Below the pieces are notes generated by a model. The model was not told the DNA's origin. It ran no database searches and saw only the letters and a list, made by a program, of their open reading frames with translations. This document shows, in pieces, positions 8,042 through 14,363 of a DNA stretch of 14,363 nt; the first letter of the stretch is position 1; each line of letters opens with the position of its first letter. The position numbers and the translations under genes were made by a program. This DNA is from a virus (lineage: Duplodnaviria; Heunggongvirae; Uroviricota; Caudoviricetes): IMG/VR virus record IMGVR_UViG_2681813233_000009, one strand, 5' to 3'.

Positions 8042-8681
8042 GCCGTTTACCGCAATCCCGCATGACCTTGCGGACATTGAACAGATCAGCGGTAAGGCGT
8101 TTACCATGAACATGGTTTACACCTACAGCCTGATCAAATCCTTCCAGGACAATGGGCAAACGGCTTATTTCTCACAGGAGCTTTTGGCCCGTCGCCTGGG
8201 GGCATCCATCCGCAGCGTGATCCGCCTCCTGGCGGAGATGGTGGAAATGGGATTGATCAATAGTACCGGGCGCGTGGGTGGCAAGACCTGCCATTACACA
8301 GTTAACCCGATCACCCCGGAAATGGTGGGAACCCCTGAAGCCGCCAAACCTGAAGTAACCAAACCAACCGCAGCACCCCAACCCGTGGAGACCGTAGAGA
8401 ATGCAGGAAGTAACCAGCCTGGAATTGTTAAGTGTGGATCTGAAAGCGTACATAGAAGCCGCCCGGCGTCGTCTGGAGTTGCTCCTGTGGACCACAGCGG
8501 GGGCGCTGTTCGTCCCGCTCCTGTCCCTGTGCCAGTAGAGCAGGGGGCCGCAAACGATGATTTACGTAACCCTGTTATTAATTATGTGGCTGGCTCTAAT
8601 GTGATGATGGTCAACGGTTTGCCTGTTGAATATCTGGAGCCAGAAGAAAGCGGCATTGATCAGTTTGGTGATGCCTTCTAA
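8016..8681 (+). CDS. Putative winged-helix DNA-binding protein, 221 aa (replication initiator or regulator candidate)
   Basis: ATG with GAGGA upstream; HTH/winged-helix-like segment FSQELLARRLGASIRSVIRLLAEMVEMGLINSTGRVGG; Pro/Ala-rich linker and acidic C-terminal tail (EPEESGIDQFGDAF). Confidence 0.7.
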   Translation: MTAAPAASKPFTAIPHDLADIEQISGKAFTMNMVYTYSLIKSFQDNGQTAYFSQELLARRLGASIRSVIRLLAEMVEMGLINSTGRVGGKTCHYTVNPITPEMVGTPEAAKPEVTKPTAAPQPVETVENAGSNQPGIVKCGSESVHRSRPASSGVAPVDHSGGAVRPAPVPVPVEQGAANDDLRNPVINYVAGSNVMMVNGLPVEYLEPEESGIDQFGDAF

Positions 8682-8757
8682 AAATCTGCGATTGATTTCC
8701 CACTAATAACACTCTACACAAAACCCCCGCCGTTTACAACCCTTTGGAGATTCTCGC

Positions 8758-9324
8758 ATGAATAACTTTATCACTACTAAATTCAACGCCTTAACCTCCG
8801 AAGAGGAAGCCGCAGTAAATGCACTGGCGGAGAAATTAGCAGCAAACAAGCCCCGTCGGATTATGGATGAGAGCCATTTGACCCCGGATCAAATCCTGAA
8901 GATCAAGCGGGCCTGTATTCAGGGCCACAGCGCTAAAGCCATCCAAGCGGCCTTTAACGTGTCGCTGGCTTACGTCCTGAGAGTAAAGCGCTCCCACAAC
9001 CCTAAGAAGTACCAGAAGACCCCGCTCACCTTGCCAGAAAAGGCAGTGTTGGCCCAGCAGATGGACGCCGATAATTTGAGCTTGGATAAAATGGCGGAAC
9101 TTCTGGGGATCAACAGTAAGATGGTTTCCCTACTTCTTACCCAACCTTCACCCCGTTACCTGGTGGAGCAAATGCTCCCGTATGACCAAGTTTTACAGAA
9201 CCTCCGCAGCGCCCGCTACGTGGAAAGCCCTGTATACAAAAAAGGGACGAGTATGCGCCGTGTGCGACTGATCGTTTCTGAAGCTCGTCAGCAGGCCCGC
9301 CAGGCAATCATTAAATCCCGGTAA
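8758..9324 (+). CDS. Putative HTH-containing protein, 188 aa
   Basis: ATG with GGAGA RBS 8 nt upstream; two HTH-like segments (LTPDQILKIKRACIQGHSAKAIQAAFNVSLAYVLRVK; LSLDKMAELLGINSKMVSLLL). Function unverified. Confidence 0.65.
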   Translation: MNNFITTKFNALTSEEEAAVNALAEKLAANKPRRIMDESHLTPDQILKIKRACIQGHSAKAIQAAFNVSLAYVLRVKRSHNPKKYQKTPLTLPEKAVLAQQMDADNLSLDKMAELLGINSKMVSLLLTQPSPRYLVEQMLPYDQVLQNLRSARYVESPVYKKGTSMRRVRLIVSEARQQARQAIIKSR

Positions 9325-9495
9325 TTATGTCCAACCCAACGGAATGGGACCTAAAGGATTACTTAGGTTCCAAACTGGTTAAGCGTCAGACAAGACTCTC
9401 TAACTTTCTCGCCCCCTTCCTCTATATCCCCTTTAAGCCCGCTTCCCTCCTCCTGTGGGTAGTGGTAATCACTTTCATTATAAGGACTCTCTCAA

Positions 9496-9870
9496 ATGCA
9501 CCCCTTTGAACTACTGAAACGCCAGCTTGACGAAATGGCGAAATCCCGCCAGGTAGAGCAGGCCCAAGAGGAAGCCGCCGCCCGTGAACTCCGCAAGGCA
9601 CAGGCCGATCTCTCCCTGGACGAGGCTATTGCTCTGTACGGTACACAGTTGGAAGCCTCCACCGATGCAGCAGACAGCGCCCAGAAGGGCCGCGCCATTA
9701 AGAGCCGGGGAATTGCTCTGTGTCACAAGGATCAGGGATTCAGCGCCAACGGTCGCCCTGTGTCTCTCCTGACCAAATCAGCAGATCTGCCAGCAGGTCA
9801 CCGCCGGGTAATCATCAACAAAGCAGCAGGGCGCACCCTGAAGGCTATCAATCTGGAAGGGGCTGAATAA
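9496..9870 (+). CDS. Hypothetical protein, 124 aa, translationally coupled to the tape-measure-like gene
   Basis: ATG at 9496 with AAGGA RBS; its stop overlaps the next ATG (TAATG at 9868-9872). Confidence 0.6.
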   Translation: MHPFELLKRQLDEMAKSRQVEQAQEEAAARELRKAQADLSLDEAIALYGTQLEASTDAADSAQKGRAIKSRGIALCHKDQGFSANGRPVSLLTKSADLPAGHRRVIINKAAGRTLKAINLEGAE

Positions 9871-11990
9871 TGAGCGGTAACGTCATCATCACGAAGACCG
9901 TAAACAGAACTACGTTCACCACGGACGGGGCCAGCTATAAGAAGACGGTTGACCGTATCAAACAGGTGGGGAAAGAGTGGGATAAAGTCTCCTCTAAAAT
10001 GAAGCCTCTACGGATGAAATTTGAGGAAAACGCCTACACCAAGATCCGCCGGAAACAGCAGGACGCCACCGCAAAAGCAGCACTGGCAGAAGCCAAAGCC
10101 AAAGCCGCAGCGGAAGCCAAAGCGGCAAAAGCCCAACTAGCAGCGGAGCGTAAACTCCAGACAATCCGCGCTAAAGCTATTCGCTTTAATACCGCAGCGG
10201 CTAACGCCAACGTTACCCCGGCCCAACGTGCTGGACACCTCCAGGAGTTTGGACAGCTTACGCGCCAGTATCACGCCGGGTCTATGGCATTACAGGAATA
10301 TAACGCCCGTGTGTCACGCCTTCAGCAAACCATGCGCCAACAAGGCCGGGTAGGCATGAGGGGAGCCACAATTCCCGTAACCGCCAAAGTAAACAAACTG
10401 GATACCTCCATGATCGAGGGTGCAGGCGGGGCGATCACAATTGCCGCCACTGTGGCACTCTCCGGCAAGATCATGACTACCGGACAGGATTTTGAATCCG
10501 CTATGTCTGGTCTTACAGCGATCACCGGTTCCACAGAAAAAGCCGGGAAAGAGTTTGATTATCTTCGTGAACAGTCCAACCGTCTGGGGCTGGACCTTCT
10601 GAAAACTTCAAAAGACTATACGCAGTTTGCCGCCGCTGTTGGGGACAAACTCCCTAAAGACCAGATGCGATCCATCTTTGAGGGTGCTTCAGAGTGGGGC
10701 CTTGTTACTGGTGCATCCGCAGATGAGCAATCACGTGCGTTAAAGGCCCTTAACCAGATGATGTCTAAGGGTACGGTCATGAGTGAAGAACTTAAAGGCC
10801 AGTTGTCCGAGGCTCTCCCCGGCTCTGTGGGTCTGTTCGTTAAAGCCCTTAACGACATGAAAGGCGTTACCAACCTGACCGAGCAAGATTTGTTTAAGCT
10901 GATGGAAGACGGGAAGCTGTTCTCTAAGGACATCCTCCCACATGTGGCTAAACAGATGAAGGAAGCGGCCCGGCAGGGTGGCGCACTTGATAAGGCGATG
11001 AAGTCCAACCGGGCATCATGGCAGCGCCTCAATACCAGTATGCAGAACGCTATGAATGTGTTTTTCACTTCTGGCTTCGGTAACTCCCTTACCAACGCTT
11101 TCGACTCAATCAGCGCCGCTATTGACGGATCTGGTGGAGCCTTTGAGATGTTCGGGCATATCGCCGGGAAAATCGTTGAAGGTGCCACAGATGCGTTTAC
11201 AGAGTTGCATGACACTGTGATCCTGACCTTCCGCATTATTGAGTATTACGCCGCCAAAATGGGGATCAGTGGGGAGCAGCTCAAAGCCTGGGGAGAAATG
11301 GCAGCATATGCCGCCGGGGTGGCTCTGTTCGCTGGCTCTGTTTACAAGTTGGGCGGGGCTTTCAAGTGGGTCCTCACCATGCTGAACCCTCTTACCAAGT
11401 TGTTGGGAGTCATGAAGGGGATCGCCGCTATTGGTGGCATTGAGGCCGCTTCTGAAGCTCTGAGCGACGGTAAGCCAGGTAAAGACGGCCAGCCGGGCAA
11501 ACCGGGAACCCCATCAAAGAACACCAAGCCGATCGGCGCGGGCCGTGGCGTTAACTTTGGCCTCCCGGCTATTATCGCCGCTGTATCTCTGAATGACCGC
11601 CTTGATCAGATTCAGGCAGACCCGGAAGCGTTTAAGCGAAAGGTACAGGAGAATAATGATCGGCCTACGCTGTGGACTGACATCATGGAAGCATTCTCCG
11701 GCAGTTGGTACGAAAAGCAGCAGAACGCAAACCAGCAGGCAGCACAGACCGCAGCACTCGATCAGACTGTTCGTGTTGCTGTTCCAACCTTCATCCCTCC
11801 AACCACAGCGACGGTTACAGGTGGCTACGGTAATCCACTGATGACGCCGCCAGCGTGGCTAAACCAGCCGCTAAACGTGAGCGTTAATGTGAAGGTGCAA
11901 GATGGACAGGTGAAAAACCTTGTGCAATCTGAGATTGAACGTAATGAACAGGCGGCATTTAACATGCTGATGCAGGGCGGGCCAAACTAA
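9870..11990 (+). CDS. Phage tail tape-measure-like protein, 706 aa
   Basis: N-terminal Ala/Lys-rich coiled-coil (AKAALAEAKAKAAAEAKAAKAQLAAERKL); central segment LKGQLSEALPGSVGLFVKALNDMKGVTNLTEQDLFKLMEDGKLFSKDILPHVAKQMKEAAR resembles the conserved tape-measure motif as I recall it; hydrophobic Gly/Ala-rich segments; collagen-like GKPGKDGQPGKPGTP; followed by a terminator. Confidence 0.8.
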   Translation: MSGNVIITKTVNRTTFTTDGASYKKTVDRIKQVGKEWDKVSSKMKPLRMKFEENAYTKIRRKQQDATAKAALAEAKAKAAAEAKAAKAQLAAERKLQTIRAKAIRFNTAAANANVTPAQRAGHLQEFGQLTRQYHAGSMALQEYNARVSRLQQTMRQQGRVGMRGATIPVTAKVNKLDTSMIEGAGGAITIAATVALSGKIMTTGQDFESAMSGLTAITGSTEKAGKEFDYLREQSNRLGLDLLKTSKDYTQFAAAVGDKLPKDQMRSIFEGASEWGLVTGASADEQSRALKALNQMMSKGTVMSEELKGQLSEALPGSVGLFVKALNDMKGVTNLTEQDLFKLMEDGKLFSKDILPHVAKQMKEAARQGGALDKAMKSNRASWQRLNTSMQNAMNVFFTSGFGNSLTNAFDSISAAIDGSGGAFEMFGHIAGKIVEGATDAFTELHDTVILTFRIIEYYAAKMGISGEQLKAWGEMAAYAAGVALFAGSVYKLGGAFKWVLTMLNPLTKLLGVMKGIAAIGGIEAASEALSDGKPGKDGQPGKPGTPSKNTKPIGAGRGVNFGLPAIIAAVSLNDRLDQIQADPEAFKRKVQENNDRPTLWTDIMEAFSGSWYEKQQNANQQAAQTAALDQTVRVAVPTFIPPTTATVTGGYGNPLMTPPAWLNQPLNVSVNVKVQDGQVKNLVQSEIERNEQAAFNMLMQGGPN

Positions 11991-12004
11991 CCGCCAATAT
12001 AATA

Positions 12005-12031
12005 AAGGCTCCCCTAGTGGGAGCCTTTTCT
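12005..12031 (+). terminator. Rho-independent terminator after the tape-measure-like gene
   Basis: 7-bp stem ggctccc/gggagcc (12006-12012 with 12018-12024), loop ctagt, followed by ttttctctttt. Confidence 0.6.
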
Positions 12032-12060
12032 CTTTTATACATTTCTAATGTCCTGGCTTT

Positions 12061-12627
12061 TCATAACAGATCCGCTATTGAATATTTATCACTAAAATCA
12101 TCTACTTTGCGTTGTGTGGCCCCAATGTAATGAAGCGTACTGGATAACGATTTGTGCCCTAATGCTTTACTAATTACAGCTATATCCTCCCCATTGTCAT
12201 AACCAATCGTTGGTTTACTCTTCCTCATGCTGTGGGTCGAAAGATTCAGCCCCAGCTTTTCCCCGGCGTAGCTAATTTCCTCATGCAATTTGGAGCGGCT
12301 CACAGGTTTTCCCTTGCTCCTGTGGCTGTCCAACTGTAAGAGGTACACATTATCAGGGTTAGCCTCTCTCCGGGCCGCTATGATGCGTTTAGCGGTATCG
12401 GTAAGCCTCACCCGGACAGATTCACCCGTTTTCTGTTGGGACAGGACAAGGTGATCGCCTTTGATGTCGGCATAACGGATAGAGCGCAGATCCGACACCC
12501 TCAGCATTAATTCATAACCCAATAACCAGGCGTCACGGTACAGCGTCAGCCCCTTGCCCTGTTTGAGTAGCTCAACTGCTACCGCTTTCACTTCCTGAAC
12601 TGATTTACAGCCCTCTACGAAATTCAT
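12061..12627 (-). CDS. Small tyrosine recombinase, catalytic domain only (FimB/FimE-sized), 188 aa
   Basis: ATG at 12625-12627 (minus) with GGAGAG RBS; the track ORF begins at an upstream TTG without an RBS; motifs LRVSDLRSIRYADI (Arg), HSMRKS (His-x-x-Arg), LGHKSLSSTLHY (His and Tyr). Confidence 0.8.
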   Translation of the reverse strand: MNFVEGCKSVQEVKAVAVELLKQGKGLTLYRDAWLLGYELMLRVSDLRSIRYADIKGDHLVLSQQKTGESVRVRLTDTAKRIIAARREANPDNVYLLQLDSHRSKGKPVSRSKLHEEISYAGEKLGLNLSTHSMRKSKPTIGYDNGEDIAVISKALGHKSLSSTLHYIGATQRKVDDFSDKYSIADLL

Positions 12628-13020
12628 TCTGTACTCTCCAGAACCTAACTGTGATAAATTTTTGATCAAAAACAAGCACTTGTAAACGACAAAAATTATT
12701 AATTTTAAGTTGTGTCTTTTTAGTGAATTAAATCGGGTTTAATCGCGTTTAATGGCAGAGTAATGACCCGGCAGGGGAGGTAATGGGCTGTTTATGTGGG
12801 TAAAAGATGGTTGCTTAATGTACTATTACCACAAGACGGGTAAGGTGATTTGACTCCCTCAGTTCCTTTAAGCTACTGTATTTATGGGAAATTAATTATT
12901 GTTTCTTTATGGTGTTGCCTGGCAAATTTTCAGTTTACCCTCAAGAAAAATCCCCATCTTTTTTATTCTCCACATGAGAATAAATTTTGTTTGCAAATAT
13001 CACTCATTCTCAACTCCAGT

Positions 13021-13199
13021 CGGGGCGAAAGCCTTCGCCCCTTAAAGGGCCTTTGTAGGCTCGCTCTCTGTATGCGCCTGTGGCGCTACCACTCTCAACC
13101 CTGTGGGTTTGTATGGCTTGCCACAAGATAACGCGCCACAGGCGCACAGGGGAGGCGGACGCCTCCTGGGTGGCCCGGCTGGGCCACTGGTCCACAGGG
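13021..13199. other. GC-rich structured non-coding segment (multiple hairpins and a paired palindrome)
   Basis: Hairpin ggggcgaa/ttcgcccc (13022-13041); palindromes gcgcctgtggcgc (13074-13086) and its exact reverse complement gcgccacaggcgc (13133-13145); hairpins ggaggcg..cgcctcc and ggccc..gggcc (13150-13185); the only ORFs here lack RBS and context. Confidence 0.35.
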
Positions 13200-13588
13200 T
13201 AAAAGGACAGAATGGTATTGTGTTGTTATTAAGTTGTTGAGATTAAAGGGATGTCTTAGGGGGGACTGTAGTGGAGGAAGGTTGGGCAGGGTTTAATCAG
13301 AATGCAGGTCACTCGGCAGGGAGTGCCCTTAGATATTTGGCGAAAATACACGTGACCCCCCAGGGCCTCAGGTTGAAGGGCCTAGCAACAATATCCAAAC
13401 TCCCGGATATTTTCCCACCCAACTGGAAGGAATCCGCCCCTATTTTCTGTTCGTGTATAAGTTAGGCTGAGGGAGGCTTGCCAATGTACACCCCCTGGAT
13501 TTGGTGATCTGTTAAGTTATTGATTTTGATCGATTTTAGATCAATCATCCGTTGCCGGGATTACCCCCACCCAGACGGATGGCACACA

Positions 13589-13771
13589 ATGAATAACGAT
13601 AAAGCAAACCACCCTAAACACTTCCAATACTTGGGCCGCATGGTCACTGTTTACCCTACATACATCATTATTGACGGTATCAAGATTAGCCGTTCCCGTC
13701 TTTCCTTTGCATTCCAATTGGAATTGGCAAAAGCACTTCGACTGCATGAAGAAAGCGTATGCAGAAAATAG
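13589..13771 (+). CDS. Hypothetical small protein, 60 aa (alternative TTG start at 13520 gives 83 aa)
   Basis: ATG at 13589 with a weak GGA-containing RBS; followed by a strong terminator; no family recognised. Confidence 0.35.
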   Translation: MNNDKANHPKHFQYLGRMVTVYPTYIIIDGIKISRSRLSFAFQLELAKALRLHEESVCRK

Positions 13772-13807
13772 ATTTCATTTAAATCTTCACGACTGAATAA
13801 TTTACTT

Positions 13808-13832
13808 AAGCCGCCTTATGGGCGGTTTTTTT
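13808..13832 (+). terminator. Rho-independent terminator
   Basis: Stem ccgcc/ggcgg (13811-13815 with 13821-13825), loop ttatg, followed by a 7-T run (13826-13832). Confidence 0.6.
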
Positions 13833-13981
13833 GTGCCTGCCATTTATCTGTGGGTCACAACGTGAGACACAAACTGGGACACAGAGGATTTTTTAGGGTT
13901 GAGTCTTTGGCTTCCCGCTGGCATGATCCAGAACAGGGATTAACGGGACGTTAATCGCAAGCTTTTGATTTTGTTTTATTT

Positions 13982-14106
13982 GACTCGGGGTGCCCTTCTG
14001 CGTGAAGGCTGAGAAATACCCGTATCACCTGATCTGGATAATGCCAGCGTAGGGAAGTCACGGACCACCAGGTCATTGCTTCTTCACGTTATGGCAGGAG
14101 CAAACT
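13982..14106 (+). promoter_or_regulatory. TPP (THI-box) riboswitch of thiM: aptamer plus expression platform
   Basis: Sequence gactcggggtgcccttctgcgtgaaggctgagaaatacccgtatcacctgatctggataatgccagcgtagggaag matches the E. coli thiM TPP aptamer as I recall it (including the conserved CUGAGA element); it runs into the thiM RBS (aggag at 14096-14100). Confidence 0.9.
14033..14052. repeat. attR-side copy of att core, lying inside the TPP aptamer
   Basis: Identical to positions 1-20. Confidence 0.7.
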
Positions 14107-14363
14107 ATGCAAGTCGACCTGCTGAGTTCAGCGCAATCTGCGCACGCGTTACACCTTTTTCACCAACATTCCCCTCTTGTGCACTGCATGACCAATGATG
14201 TGGTGCAAACCTTTACCGCCAATACCTTGCTGGCGCTCGGTGCATCGCCAGCGATGGTTATCGAAACCGAAGAGGCCAGTCAGTTTGCGGCTATCGCCAG
14301 TGCCTTGTTGATTAACGTTGGCACACTGACGCAGCCACGCGCTCAGGCGATGCGTGCTGCCGT
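14107..14363 (+). CDS. thiM: Hydroxyethylthiazole kinase ThiM, N-terminal part (runs off the window)
   Basis: ATG at 14107 after aggag RBS; translation [85 protein letters not shown] matches E. coli ThiM as I recall it. Confidence 0.9.

Larger units (their letters stand above)
1..14052. mobile_element. Integrated phage-related element (cryptic prophage or satellite-like island) bounded by direct repeats, inserted in the thiM leader
   Basis: Exact 20-bp direct repeat tctggataatgccagcgtag at 1-20 and 14033-14052; tyrosine integrase gene immediately inside the left repeat; phage-type structural and regulatory genes inside; host thiM immediately outside the right repeat. Left boundary may lie beyond the window start. 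Confidence 0.7.

Noticed and set aside
8172-8495. 107-aa minus-strand ORF antisense to the 221-aa gene
   Set aside because: Shadow ORF of a supported CDS; no RBS or coding character.
9327-9509. 60-aa ORF between the 188-aa and 124-aa genes, and a possible tail-chaperone frameshift pair
   Set aside because: The ATG lies 3 nt after the upstream stop with no RBS. The overlap with the 124-aa ORF is in the +1 frame, not the canonical -1 slip, and the ORF is too short for a tail assembly chaperone.
9492-9772. ORFs overlapping the 124-aa gene (9492-9698 minus, 9511-9726 minus, 9584-9772 plus)
   Set aside because: Shadow ORFs of a supported CDS; no RBS or coding character.
10322-11841. ORFs antisense to or out of frame within the tape-measure-like gene (10322-10534, 10616-11236, 10740-10943, 11342-11527, 11593-11841)
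   Set aside because: Embedded in a strongly supported 706-codon ORF; no independent signals.
12628-12675. TTG-initiated N-terminal extension of the small recombinase
   Set aside because: No RBS at the TTG; the ATG at 12625-12627 has GGAGAG at good spacing.
12850-13465. ORFs in the structured non-coding region (12850-13131 plus, 13010-13195 minus, 13271-13465 plus)
   Set aside because: They overlap GC-rich hairpins, have no RBS, and give low-complexity translations.
13541-13747. 68-aa minus-strand ORF antisense to the attR-proximal small gene
   Set aside because: No RBS or context; the plus-strand reading is followed by a strong terminator, but neither is strongly supported.
5385-13888. Long-range exact matches of 9-11 nt (cgccacagagg at 5385-5395 versus 6917-6927 inverted; cacagagga at 5388 and 13880; tcacaacgtg at 6562, 6586 and 13855)
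   Set aside because: In a 14-kb window dozens of 11-mer matches (both orientations) are expected by chance, so these alone do not support recombination sites; only the clustered or longer repeats are reported as findings.
1-14363. CRISPR array, tRNA or tmRNA gene at the attachment site, rRNA
   Set aside because: No regularly spaced 25-40 bp repeats anywhere; no cloverleaf-like sequence near either repeat (the target is the thiM riboswitch instead); nothing rRNA-like.

Overview
This window is a roughly 14 kb integrated mobile element inserted in the 5' leader (TPP riboswitch) of thiM in an Escherichia-like chromosome. It is bounded by an exact 20-bp direct repeat (1-20 and 14033-14052); the riboswitch and the start of thiM are intact at the right end. 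All calls rest on reading the sequence and recalling motifs; no homology search or RNA folding was run, so protein family names are hypotheses. Contents, left to right: a 451-aa tyrosine integrase (+); an AT-rich cargo gene (-) with an N-terminal motif I recall as DUF4062-like, plus a small Cys-rich ORF; a minus-strand operon with a putative head-decoration-like gene, a putative major capsid gene and a 62-aa ORF; a 1.7-kb coding-free region with dyad repeats and GC hairpins; a plus-strand cluster of small DNA-binding-type proteins (including a 59-aa RHH-like ORF missing from the ORF track) ending in a 706-aa tape-measure-like protein; a second, small (188-aa) tyrosine recombinase (-); an ~0.9-kb structured non-coding stretch; then a small ORF, the TPP riboswitch and thiM. 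No portal, terminase, protease, tail, rRNA, tRNA or CRISPR genes were seen. The best candidates for something undescribed are the riboswitch-targeted integration, the integrase-proximal DUF4062-like cargo gene, and the second recombinase next to structured non-coding DNA.
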